DNA from: a virus
DNA: 64,000 nucleotides
Reading direction: 5' to 3' (one strand)
Virus record (IMG/VR): IMGVR_UViG_3300035188_001379
Location: 1-64,000 of that record
Below are positions 9,215 through 18,420 of the stretch, piece by piece. The translations under genes and the position numbers were made by a program. Under the pieces are notes generated by a model. The model worked only from the letters and a program-made list of their open reading frames with translations. It ran no database searches and had not been told where the DNA came from. Each line of letters opens with the position of its first letter. The stretch's first letter is position 1.

Positions 9215-10684
9215 ATGGAAGAGCCTAACATTCTCATCAAAACAGCCCTCTCAGATGCAGTTCAGCAGGTGAACTCAGGCGTATCTCCTACCGCAGCGCT
9301 TAAAAAAGTTGCTACCGATTTGGATCTGAATCCCAACTATATCCAGCGTACAGGAGAAGCCTTGAACGTTGCATTACACTATAAACATTTTAAGACAGCC
9401 TCCGACAGATCTATTGACTTTGAGATTGCCGATATTCCCAAAGCTATTGAGGACGTTTTTTCTTCTCGCACTAAAACAGCAGCAGAACAGACCTCAGAGT
9501 ATTTTTCATCCATAGACGCTAACGAACCTGTTTTCAATTACAACCGGATGTTAAGCAATCCAGTGTATAAGCAGGCTTTCATGGAAATTTCTTCGGCTCC
9601 TGAAACACATGACAGCTTTGCTACCACACTAAAAACAGTTTACGAAAAGTCTGCGAACTATATTCAGAAGCTTGCAAAGCAGGCAGACGAAGCCGAAGTG
9701 CATAAGACTGCAGCGGAGCTGGATTTAAATCAGTCTTTTTCAGCTTTGTGTGATGAGTTTAAGAAAGATGCGGCTTACCGAACATCTTTTGAAGAATTTG
9801 AATCGCAAGTTTTCTCAAAGCACGGAAGCGCTGCAGTAGAGTATCTCGACCTTATTCATAAAACCGCAGGACTTGTTGACGACAGAGGAGTGCATGACTC
9901 TAAGTATATTATGTTTAACCCCTGCAAAGAAGCCTCTCTGTTTGACTCGCTGATGGCTTCAGCTGAGCGAATGGTAGCAACAGAGAAGACCGCACAAGAA
10001 GCCCAGCAAAACCTAGCCTTCGAAAATTCCTTTTTGAAAGAGTGCAACACCCTACTGGGCAAGACAGCAGAAAAAAAAGAAGAATCTCCTGAGCGCGAAA
10101 AAGCAGAAGAGACTTCTGATGAGAAATCTGAAGATACCGGCGAAGAGAACCTTGAAGAGCAGGACCCTGTTATGGCGGCGGTTAAAAAAAAAGCCTCAGA
10201 CGCTAGCTTCAGCGTAGCTCCGAAATATGACAAAGACCCTGTGCTTGCTGAATGTATGGAGAAAGAAGCTTTTTTGGGGTCTCTAACGAATATGATGAGC
10301 AGTCTGATAGCAGAACCAGTGCAAGCAGCTTTTACCCATTCTTTTAAAGGCTCTCCGCAGACTTCTCCTGGAATACGACCCAATCTTACTTTAGATAATA
10401 TGGAGCGTAGGCTTTTGCTACAAGAGCTTATGCTGACAGACCCGATCTTATCTAAAGTTAATCCTGCTAAAGTAGCCAGGGCCTTTGAACAAATACTCAG
10501 GCTTTCTCCAGAAATTTCAAAACAAAAGGAGGTGGTCCGTGCTGAGTTACGTGCAATGGTGGCATCTCAAGCGTTAAGTAAATATGACGCCGAAATGATG
10601 ACCAAGCTGGATGTAGGAATGCTTAAAAGCAGGGTAGCTACCCAGCAGTTTAATAAAGGATTTATCGATCACTTCAAAGTTTAG
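9215..10684 (+). CDS. K-x-A-rich helical head or core protein
   Basis: Seven KTA plus about ten other K-x-A motifs in 489 aa, within the head module. Confidence 0.65.
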   Translation: MEEPNILIKTALSDAVQQVNSGVSPTAALKKVATDLDLNPNYIQRTGEALNVALHYKHFKTASDRSIDFEIADIPKAIEDVFSSRTKTAAEQTSEYFSSIDANEPVFNYNRMLSNPVYKQAFMEISSAPETHDSFATTLKTVYEKSANYIQKLAKQADEAEVHKTAAELDLNQSFSALCDEFKKDAAYRTSFEEFESQVFSKHGSAAVEYLDLIHKTAGLVDDRGVHDSKYIMFNPCKEASLFDSLMASAERMVATEKTAQEAQQNLAFENSFLKECNTLLGKTAEKKEESPEREKAEETSDEKSEDTGEENLEEQDPVMAAVKKKASDASFSVAPKYDKDPVLAECMEKEAFLGSLTNMMSSLIAEPVQAAFTHSFKGSPQTSPGIRPNLTLDNMERRLLLQELMLTDPILSKVNPAKVARAFEQILRLSPEISKQKEVVRAELRAMVASQALSKYDAEMMTKLDVGMLKSRVATQQFNKGFIDHFKV

Positions 10685-10687
10685 TTT

Positions 10688-11086
10688 ATGCCTACACTAC
10701 TCAAAATTAAAAAGTTTATTGAAAACGACGTGTGGAAAATTAACTTCACACTCGATACAACCACTTTGCCTGAAAGCGACAAAGAGCTCATTAGGAAGTT
10801 TGGTGAACCCCAAATCGACATTGGTGGTACGTATTTGTCAGGCACACCCAATCAGTACGTGCTTCCTACAAAATATATTCGCGTTAGGTCAGACTTGCCG
10901 TTTACTCAAGAATTTGACGCAAAAAGCCACATAGACTTTTTGACTACTCCAGCTATTGCCAAGGCGTCCACACAAGCCAGAGCTTTAGCTTTTCAAACTT
11001 ACTTTATAAATGCTTTTACTGCCGCCTTTGTAGCGCTACGCAATAGCCGAGACACTTTCACAGGCGAGTACATAGCCAATATCTAA
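10688..11086 (+). CDS. putative structural protein
   Basis: 132-aa ORF in the head module. Confidence 0.55.
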   Translation: MPTLLKIKKFIENDVWKINFTLDTTTLPESDKELIRKFGEPQIDIGGTYLSGTPNQYVLPTKYIRVRSDLPFTQEFDAKSHIDFLTTPAIAKASTQARALAFQTYFINAFTAAFVALRNSRDTFTGEYIANI

Positions 11087-11087
11087 T

Positions 11088-11468
11088 ATGACACAGGAAG
11101 ATTACAAGGAAGCTTTCGTAGCAGGGTTTGTAAAACGTGCCGAGCAGCACGGATTCGAGAAGCAGGCAATCGTAGGAATGCTCGCAGGCACAGGGTTAAG
11201 ACTGCTGGCTCCTATATTTGGACAACACTACCTAACAAAGGGGTTAGGTGCAATTGCTGCCCGAAAAGGTGCTGGTAGAGTAGGTAAGCATGCAAAGAAT
11301 TTACATACTCTACTTACAGAATCCCCCATGGTTTCTAGAAGTTTAGGAGATAACTTGAAGGGACAAGCCGCCTTCATGGGTACATCCATATTAGCGGACA
11401 GGGCATTAAATCCTATAGTTGATCCTCTCGCCACTAAGTTAGAGCAAAGAGACTATAGGAGAAATTAA
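11088..11468 (+). CDS. putative internal virion protein with an N-terminal GF-K-A module
   Basis: YKEAFVAGFVKRAEQHGFEKQA followed by basic amphipathic or hydrophobic cargo. Confidence 0.65.
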   Translation: MTQEDYKEAFVAGFVKRAEQHGFEKQAIVGMLAGTGLRLLAPIFGQHYLTKGLGAIAARKGAGRVGKHAKNLHTLLTESPMVSRSLGDNLKGQAAFMGTSILADRALNPIVDPLATKLEQRDYRRN

Positions 11469-11480
11469 TATTTCGTGATT

Positions 11481-12806
11481 ATGCTTACAGCCCTACAAGG
11501 ATACTTATACAAACAAGCCCAGGGGAGTCTTCCCTCTGCACCTGCAGGCGCTCCCTCTCCAGGAGTACCCGTCACGCCTACTAGCAGATATTATGGACCT
11601 ACAAGTGGTCCTGGAGTTATAAATGTAGGCTCTCCTTCGACCAATACATCAGGAGGTAGTCTCACTCTTCCACGTAAGCCTACAAATTTTAACGCCATGG
11701 GTTCAGGTCTAGGTGTCTTGAGTAGCGGGCTTAACGTTTATGGTAATTTAACCCACAGAAACGAGACCTCTCAAGGCACAGTCTACGACGACCCTCAGTA
11801 CGGACAGGCCGCACTTAATACCGCCGCAGGTTTAGGGGAAGCTTATAAGCTAAGAAATGCTTTGCGTTTTCCTGCCGCCGCTTCTACTGTGGCTCCTACC
11901 GCCGCTAAGACTGTAGGTGGAGCTTTACTTAGAAACGCAGCTCCTATAATGGGAGCAGTTGGCGTAGGTTCGAGATTGTTAGACAAAGACTATCTAGGGG
12001 CAGGTATAGATGCACTAAGCACAGCCGCACCCATCGTAGGTACAATGATTGCCCCAGGTGTAGGCACTGCAATAGGTACGGGAGTTAGTTGGCTAGGTCA
12101 GGGAATAAATGCTTATAGAGATATTAGGAAAAACCAGCAGCAGACCAAATTGCCTCCGCCGAGCATAGGGCAAGCGCAGCCACAATCCACACAACCAAAA
12201 GTAGCTTCTTTTATGTACACGTCCGACAACGATTTCAAAATTAAAAAGGCTTTCGCCTCAGGTTTCGTAAAATCTGCGGTAGCCAAAGGAGTGACTATAG
12301 ATGAATTCAGTGCCTTAACTAAACAAGCCTTATCAGCAGGAACTAGCCTAACTTATGACGACGTGTCTGCTATCAAAGCTTTGTTGGCAAATAATGAAGG
12401 CTCTGAAGATATTTACAGCGACCCTACAGGGGAGGCTATGCGTAATTATAAATCACGACTGTTAGCAGCCAGAGACGCCTCTTCTCAAGAGATCCCGGCT
12501 GTCTCAGGGGCCTTAGCAGGCTTACGCGCAGGAAGCTTGGGCGGCTTAGCGGGCGCAGGTATCGGAGGTTCTTTAGGTATGCTAGCTAAACACACACCAA
12601 TCCTTAATCTACCGTACCGCTTTAAACGTAATATGCCTACTGCCGGTGCGCTAGGAGGAACAGCGTTGGGCAGCATTATCGCAGCGCTACCTGCAGCCAA
12701 ACAGAAATATGAAGCTTCGAAAGCTTTACAAAAATTGCACAGCTCCAGCAACCTCGACGCTCTACAGCAGCTTGGGCAAGAGGATAGAGCGGTATTAAAC
12801 AGCTAA
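11481..12806 (+). CDS. Gly/Ala-rich putative ejection protein with an internal GF-K-A module
   Basis: YLYKQA N-terminus; IKKAFASGFVKSAVAKG...TKQA; several glycine zippers (GSLGGLAGAGIGGSLG). Confidence 0.65.
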   Translation: MLTALQGYLYKQAQGSLPSAPAGAPSPGVPVTPTSRYYGPTSGPGVINVGSPSTNTSGGSLTLPRKPTNFNAMGSGLGVLSSGLNVYGNLTHRNETSQGTVYDDPQYGQAALNTAAGLGEAYKLRNALRFPAAASTVAPTAAKTVGGALLRNAAPIMGAVGVGSRLLDKDYLGAGIDALSTAAPIVGTMIAPGVGTAIGTGVSWLGQGINAYRDIRKNQQQTKLPPPSIGQAQPQSTQPKVASFMYTSDNDFKIKKAFASGFVKSAVAKGVTIDEFSALTKQALSAGTSLTYDDVSAIKALLANNEGSEDIYSDPTGEAMRNYKSRLLAARDASSQEIPAVSGALAGLRAGSLGGLAGAGIGGSLGMLAKHTPILNLPYRFKRNMPTAGALGGTALGSIIAALPAAKQKYEASKALQKLHSSSNLDALQQLGQEDRAVLNS

Positions 12807-12811
12807 TTTAT

Positions 12812-14071
12812 ATGTCTAAAGAATATACAAACTTTAAGCAGGACCTAGCTAATCCTGAAGCAGGTTTAAACTCGGACTTGTATCACGCGTTGTCGCCGAT
12901 TGTTTCTCGAGGACCCTCTGGACCTTCTTCTAGAGAAGAACAACAGAAGCTTGATAGTTTGAGGGAGGATGTACGTAAAGGTATCGTGGGACTTGAGTAC
13001 ATGGCGGGGTTAAAAAAGAATAAAGGAGAAACTTTTTATGATGAGCATCCTGTACAAGCGTTAACTACTGACGCGCTTGGCAACGCATCGATTTTAGGGG
13101 CAGGTCTAACTGGTGGAGGTATGCTTTTGAACAGTATTAGACAAAAGCAGAATTTGGATAAAGTTATGCCTGCCGCTATGGCTCGTATGGGTAATACGCC
13201 TGACAAGGATCTTTCAAACCCTGAAGCACTGCTTAATCCTAGAGAAGGTACTGTCCGAGGAGACATAGCTAAAATATACGGGGACCCGGAGAGTTCAACT
13301 AGGATGCAGCTCATCGACAGACTGTCTGATGTTGCACCAAATGACCCAAATTCCTTGTCTAGTAAATTGTTAAGCGCAGATACTGCCGAGGCTAAGGCGA
13401 CTAGGAAACATCAGAAATTGTTGAAACAATTGAACGCGCAGTTATTAACTGCTGCAGACGACAAAGAAGCCAATAAGATAAGCAAACAGATTGCAGGAGC
13501 TGAAAAGCTGTACGAGGAACTCCGCAAAAATAACGCTAAAGCTAAAGGCGAAGTTCTAGCTGCGGCAAGGGCGTCTCAAGGAGATAAATACTTGAAGAAC
13601 CACGTCAATTTTCACGAGGCATTGACAAGAGCTAAGGAAAAAGGAGGATTCAGCTCGCCTGTAGGTTCAGGTTTAAACTTACCTGAGTTCATTGCCCCAG
13701 ATAAACACCAAGGCTTAGTCGATTTGATCGAGAACATGCAGCTAACAAAAGCCCATCCTGGGTTTAATAGAGATTTACTTCTGCAGTCTGTTTCCGATTA
13801 TTTAGATGACCCTGCCGAGCTAGCCAAGTTTGAGAGAGTTAGCTTACCCAAGATCATGAGCGCAGATCATCAAGGGTCAGGCATCCGTAGGTTTCTTTCG
13901 CGAAATAAGTTCCCTATAGCTGCAGGTGCTGCCACTGCAGCCGGAGGGGCAGGTCTCTATTACCTACTCAAAGCCATGCAAGACAAGATGTACTCCAAGG
14001 ATAAAGTAAAGGATTGGAAAAAGACTCTACTTAAGTCTAAAGGAGATTTTGACGCCGCAAACCAAATCTAA
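12812..14071 (+). CDS. putative ejection protein with hydrophobic Gly/Ala helices
   Basis: ILGAGLTGGGMLL and IAAGAATAAGGAGLYYLL segments with a coiled-coil middle. Confidence 0.55.
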   Translation: MSKEYTNFKQDLANPEAGLNSDLYHALSPIVSRGPSGPSSREEQQKLDSLREDVRKGIVGLEYMAGLKKNKGETFYDEHPVQALTTDALGNASILGAGLTGGGMLLNSIRQKQNLDKVMPAAMARMGNTPDKDLSNPEALLNPREGTVRGDIAKIYGDPESSTRMQLIDRLSDVAPNDPNSLSSKLLSADTAEAKATRKHQKLLKQLNAQLLTAADDKEANKISKQIAGAEKLYEELRKNNAKAKGEVLAAARASQGDKYLKNHVNFHEALTRAKEKGGFSSPVGSGLNLPEFIAPDKHQGLVDLIENMQLTKAHPGFNRDLLLQSVSDYLDDPAELAKFERVSLPKIMSADHQGSGIRRFLSRNKFPIAAGAATAAGGAGLYYLLKAMQDKMYSKDKVKDWKKTLLKSKGDFDAANQI

Positions 14072-14076
14072 TAACT

Positions 14077-15525
14077 ATGTATAGAGGACTCATTAAATTT
14101 AGTGCTACCGATGACTGGCGTTGGGATGTTGACCCTGTGCAATTGATACACAACGTAAACACGTTGACCAAAGCTGGAGCAGACAACACAGAACTACGCA
14201 CTGAAAAAACAGCAGGACAAACAGACGCTCTCGTTATTGCTCTGGGCGCTTATGAAGGGACAGGAGCAAATCGGAATGGGGATATCTTTAAAGAGGCAGA
14301 ATGTCTCAAGAACTATAAGACATTTGTTAAGTCTGGAAGCAAAGGTAAAGATGGCAAGTACGACGGGCGCGCTTTAAACAGGCATCATAAAAATAAACCG
14401 GAAGACCCTAAGTACGGTAATATTAAAGCAGCTACTTACAATAATAAGATGAAGCGTATCGAGCTGATTATAGGGCTCGACAACGACAAGTGCGCAGAAG
14501 AAATCCAGAAATTGGCTGAAGGAAAGCAGATTAATGTAAGTATGGCAGCTAAGGTAGCCTACGATAAATGCACGTGGTGTGGACATGAGGCAAAAGACGA
14601 CAACCACCGTTGCGAACACATACCTAAAAAACTAGGAGAGATTAACAAGCAAGGTGAGATGTGTAGTATGGAAAATATGAACCCTCGCTGGTTCGAATTA
14701 TCTATTGTAGGCAGACCTGCCGATCGGATAGGTATGTCCCTCAAGCTCGCCTCTGATAACGCTTACATCAAAACAGCTAGCGACTATAAAACACTATATC
14801 CCGGCTTTGTTGCGCCAGAAGATACTCAGGAGTATATCTCGATATCTAAGTATGCTCAGGAAAAACGTAGATTGCTTAAGAAGCTTTCTGCTATGGAAAA
14901 GCATATCGAAGCAATCGCTGAAGCAGGCCCTAAGAACTCAAAAGAAAAGTACATTTCCGAGCAGAAATCAAAAATCAGTCATGGTGACGATATTTCTGAC
15001 GATACTTTAGAAGAGCTCAGGAAGTTTGAACCATCAAAGCTGCTCAGAGCCTTAGCTGATGAAGGGATTGTTTTTTCTCCTAAAGATTTTGTAAAATATC
15101 TTTTCGGTACGAAAAACATCTCAAATTCTGAGGACATGTTCAGTAAGATTAAAAAGCAGCTTCCTTCTATGTTTTCAGACCTAGAAGAAGATGGAGATGA
15201 CGTTGTAAATGATGAGAAGTATGAGCCGTCTGGGTCCGATATTATGCCTAAAGGTATCTTGAATATGGTGAGAGGACTGTTTGACGATCATTCTCTTTTT
15301 GATAAACCTGTGCACGGCAGGATTATGAAAATAACCATAATCAAAAAAATGCCTTCCTCTAAGCTGAGCCGCAAATCAGAGAATGAAGGCCACACGAAGG
15401 AAGCCTCGATATCTGAGCTAACAAGACAATACGCAGCGTATAAATTAGCTGCTTTTAGATATTTAGATAGTAAAGATAAACTAGACGAAGACACCATGTA
15501 CAATATTCTATTGCAAAATAGATAA
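14077..15525 (+). CDS. prohead (capsid maturation) serine protease with a Cys/His insert and C-terminal extension
   Basis: NRNGDIF, RHH (candidate catalytic His), INVSM (candidate catalytic Ser), FELSIVGRPAD (cf. ELSxVxxPA in HK97-type proteases), CTWC...RCEH; lies upstream of scaffold and MCP. Confidence 0.8.
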   Translation: MYRGLIKFSATDDWRWDVDPVQLIHNVNTLTKAGADNTELRTEKTAGQTDALVIALGAYEGTGANRNGDIFKEAECLKNYKTFVKSGSKGKDGKYDGRALNRHHKNKPEDPKYGNIKAATYNNKMKRIELIIGLDNDKCAEEIQKLAEGKQINVSMAAKVAYDKCTWCGHEAKDDNHRCEHIPKKLGEINKQGEMCSMENMNPRWFELSIVGRPADRIGMSLKLASDNAYIKTASDYKTLYPGFVAPEDTQEYISISKYAQEKRRLLKKLSAMEKHIEAIAEAGPKNSKEKYISEQKSKISHGDDISDDTLEELRKFEPSKLLRALADEGIVFSPKDFVKYLFGTKNISNSEDMFSKIKKQLPSMFSDLEEDGDDVVNDEKYEPSGSDIMPKGILNMVRGLFDDHSLFDKPVHGRIMKITIIKKMPSSKLSRKSENEGHTKEASISELTRQYAAYKLAAFRYLDSKDKLDEDTMYNILLQNR

Positions 15526-15531
15526 AAATAC

Positions 15532-15560
15532 TTGGAAGCATCAAAAAATTAATATAAGAT
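15532..15560 (+). promoter_or_regulatory. sigma70-like promoter
   Basis: TTGGAA-17 nt-TAAGAT. Confidence 0.4.
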
Positions 15561-15584
15561 TTACCTACAACAGCAATACGTATT

Positions 15585-16721
15585 ATGCCATCAAACCCTA
15601 AAAATATTTTAGCCACCTTATTGGCGAAGCAAGCCGCAGGTGAAATTCCTATGTCTGCCGGAGAAGAAGCCGTACACGAGGAGGCTGAAACTCCTCAGGA
15701 AGAAGCTCTTGAGCACCTCCCAGGACAATATGAAGAAGGCGCAGTTGAGCCTGGTGAGTTAGAAGGTGGGGAAGATGCAGACGCTAGAGTGGAGCAATTA
15801 CTGGCTCAGCTTTCGCCAGAAGAACTGGATCATTTGACTGAGCTTTTAGCTGAGGACATGTCTGGAGGTGAAGAACCTGCTGCAGAAATTGATGAAGAAG
15901 AATCTGTGGAAGACCCTGCAGAACTAGCTCAGCTGATTGAGCAGCATCTCGCCAATTCGCCCGAAGCTAATCCAGAAGATGCCGACCCAGAAAAAATGGC
16001 AGCTTTAGCCTTTGTGAAATCTGCCTCTTACATCGAAGGTTTTATCGAGCAGGCGTTAGCTCATGGAGCCTCAGTGAAAGAAGCTGTCGACATTTATGAC
16101 ACGGCCCTTTCTAGAAGCCTCGACTCCTTAAATATTTACAAAACAGCCGCCAGAGGTAAATACGCAAGACGCAGAGCAAACGCATCTCGCCGCGCCTCCG
16201 CGCCTCAGGCTGCTCCTTCCGCAGCCAGCAAAGCGCAGGAGGCTGCTCCCACAAAAAAGCCCGACTATGAAGGACCGTCTATGGGCAGCAAAATTAAACA
16301 TCACCTAGAGGATCATCCAGAAACTGCCGTAGCTCTAGGTGCGGGTGCGGCCGCCACAGCCGCAGGCGGAGCCTACTTAGCTACCCGCAAAAACAAAGAC
16401 AAAGAAGACTCCGACGAGAAGACTGCAGCTTATTATGAAGGAGTACTTGAGCGCGCTCGAGAGTACGGACTCTCAGACCATGAAGCTGTACAGATTGTTA
16501 AGTCTGCTACGTTAGGGCAGATGCGTAACCCGAAGGTGGTAGCTGCTCTAAGAGCTGCTGCTTCGTCAGCGTCCTCTGCAGCAAAAAAGGCCCCAAAAGG
16601 GGAGGCAGATAAGCTATTACAAAGAGCACGTATCGCCGCTATAAAAAACAAAGCTTTGATTGCTGGCGGTGCTGGCTTAGCCGGAGGGGCCGCATTAACT
16701 TCGGCCCTTTCTGATGACTAG
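15585..16721 (+). CDS. modular internal head polyprotein (acidic N-terminus, two GF-K-A modules, two basic hydrophobic peptides)
   Basis: KSASYIEGFIEQALAHG...KTA and KTAAYYEGVLERAREYG...KSA modules flanking Arg/Lys/Ala-rich peptides. Confidence 0.65.
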   Translation: MPSNPKNILATLLAKQAAGEIPMSAGEEAVHEEAETPQEEALEHLPGQYEEGAVEPGELEGGEDADARVEQLLAQLSPEELDHLTELLAEDMSGGEEPAAEIDEEESVEDPAELAQLIEQHLANSPEANPEDADPEKMAALAFVKSASYIEGFIEQALAHGASVKEAVDIYDTALSRSLDSLNIYKTAARGKYARRRANASRRASAPQAAPSAASKAQEAAPTKKPDYEGPSMGSKIKHHLEDHPETAVALGAGAAATAAGGAYLATRKNKDKEDSDEKTAAYYEGVLERAREYGLSDHEAVQIVKSATLGQMRNPKVVAALRAAASSASSAAKKAPKGEADKLLQRARIAAIKNKALIAGGAGLAGGAALTSALSDD

Positions 16722-16732
16722 TAACAAAAGTA

Positions 16733-16761
16733 TTTACAAGCAGCTAAAAACAAAATAAACT
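16733..16761 (+). promoter_or_regulatory. sigma70-like promoter
   Basis: TTTACA-17 nt-TAAACT. Confidence 0.5.
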
Positions 16762-16782
16762 TCAACAATAGAAACTACAAAT

Positions 16783-17724
16783 ATGGCAAAACTAACTAAA
16801 CACGCAGAAGTCCTTAACCAGTTGCATACCATGGTTAAAAAGCAAGCTGAAGAAGCTCAGAAGAATATCTCCGGCAAGCCTGGAGAAGATGTTAAGTCTG
16901 TGAGTGTTGGGGGCGAGCATGAGTCGTATAACAAAAACTCTGTAGGCCCAGAAAACGTAGCTCAAGGTTATCACCAGAAGCCTACGGAAGATTCTTCTGA
17001 ACCTCTCGCTGGCGCAAAAACTGCAAACGATTTAGGTGCCGAGATTTTGGACATTATCCGCAAGCAGGCGGAAGCGCAGGATTCTGCCACAGGCAAGCCT
17101 GGAGATGTGAAGTCTGAGAGCGTTGGAGATGATAAGGAAAATGTTGATAAGAATGCTGTTAAGCCTGAAAACAATAAGCAGGAGTACAAGCAGGCTCCTT
17201 CATCCGACTCCTCCAAGCCTGTAGCCTCTGCTAAGAAAGCAGAAGAATCTGTTGAAGACCTTGCACAAAAGGTTGCTTCTTATACCTTAGGTCGCCAATT
17301 TTGTGCCGCGTTGCTGAAGTCTGCAGGTGTTCATCATCAAGATGACTCTGCTGATGAGACCATCATGATGAAAGAAGCAGGCCGCAGAGATTTTGATTTG
17401 CTCATCTCTCAAGCTGCTGAAGACCTCGAAGGAACTGAGAAGCAGGCCTCTGATGAATATCTTGAAAAAGAAGCTGAGGAAGCTGGTGCTGCCTATTTTG
17501 ATGAAATCCTCAAGCAGGCTGCCCTTGAAGAAGCTGTAGAAGAAAACAAGCAGCTTGCCGCCAAGGTGGCAGCTTACGAAGCTTATATTAAGGAAGCTCA
17601 AGAAGCCTACGAGGCCGACCAGTACGCAGCCTCCGCGCAAGAGCAGCAAGTCAAGCTCGCTGAATCTGTAGCTGATATTGTTCTGAATAAGCTGAGAGCT
17701 GAAATGGCTCCCTCTGCTGAGTAA
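16783..17724 (+). CDS. capsid scaffolding protein (putative)
   Basis: Acidic and coiled-coil-like; lies between protease and MCP; about 15 K-x-A motifs; internal duplication of about 60 aa. Confidence 0.7.
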   Translation: MAKLTKHAEVLNQLHTMVKKQAEEAQKNISGKPGEDVKSVSVGGEHESYNKNSVGPENVAQGYHQKPTEDSSEPLAGAKTANDLGAEILDIIRKQAEAQDSATGKPGDVKSESVGDDKENVDKNAVKPENNKQEYKQAPSSDSSKPVASAKKAEESVEDLAQKVASYTLGRQFCAALLKSAGVHHQDDSADETIMMKEAGRRDFDLLISQAAEDLEGTEKQASDEYLEKEAEEAGAAYFDEILKQAALEEAVEENKQLAAKVAAYEAYIKEAQEAYEADQYAASAQEQQVKLAESVADIVLNKLRAEMAPSAE

Positions 17725-17735
17725 GGTTGCTTTTT

Positions 17736-17894
17736 ATGTCTGCTGACTCTACGGAAACAAAAGATACTGTAGAGCAGCAGGCTATTAGCGCGCTCCAACA
17801 TCTCGATGCTGCTGAGCAGCAAAAAGTTTTGGAGTATATCGCTAGCTTAATCCATTTATCTGAAATCAATCATGACCAAGCAAGCATTGGATAA
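17736..17894 (+). CDS. small acidic helical protein (absent from the ORF track)
   Basis: 52-aa ORF MSADSTETKDTVEQQAISALQHL... fills the gap between the two scaffold-like genes and overlaps the next start by 23 nt. Confidence 0.4.
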   Translation: MSADSTETKDTVEQQAISALQHLDAAEQQKVLEYIASLIHLSEINHDQASIG

Positions 17895-18264
17895 GGTAGC
17901 AACTTTCGTAAACGTCGCTTTGTCTGAAATTAGTCAGCTCTCTAAAAAAGTTGCCGCTTACGAAAGCAAAAAAGCTGAAGAAGACAGACAAGAAAACATT
18001 GCCCTAGAGGGAGCTTTAAAAAAAGCTGCGGAGGCTATGTATAACTCTGATTTCATTAACGACGAGGAAGAAAAAACTTTGTTTGTTAAGAAAGCCAAAG
18101 AAGACGCCCTGTATCTGGCTAAAGTGGTTGAGCGCGTATGTAACGCAGCCGACGTAGCTTACATGGGAAAATCTGCTTCCGTTAAATCCTCAAACCAGTC
18201 AGATGATCCTGTCATGCGCAGAGCTTTTGGCTACGACAATAACTATAGTTTATTAGATGACTAA
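17872..18264 (+). CDS. second scaffold-like or head assembly protein
   Basis: 130 aa, helical, with KQA/KVA/KKA/KSA motifs; ends in DDPVMRRAFG. Confidence 0.6.
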   Translation: MTKQALDKVATFVNVALSEISQLSKKVAAYESKKAEEDRQENIALEGALKKAAEAMYNSDFINDEEEKTLFVKKAKEDALYLAKVVERVCNAADVAYMGKSASVKSSNQSDDPVMRRAFGYDNNYSLLDD

Positions 18265-18420
18265 ATATTCTTAAAATATAGTTGACTATTTGATTATTTT
18301 TTCCGACAATATTTATATTACTTTGCATTAGACCATTACTGAATTGACCTTGGCCGGTTATCGGGGTGGAAAGCATAGACAGACAAACCAAACAACAAAA
18401 CACAAAGAAAGAAAAGACAT

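Noticed and set aside
18320-18380. Possible riboswitch or structured leader before the capsid operon
   Set aside because: Only weak, short pairings could be drawn and no known aptamer motif was recognised.
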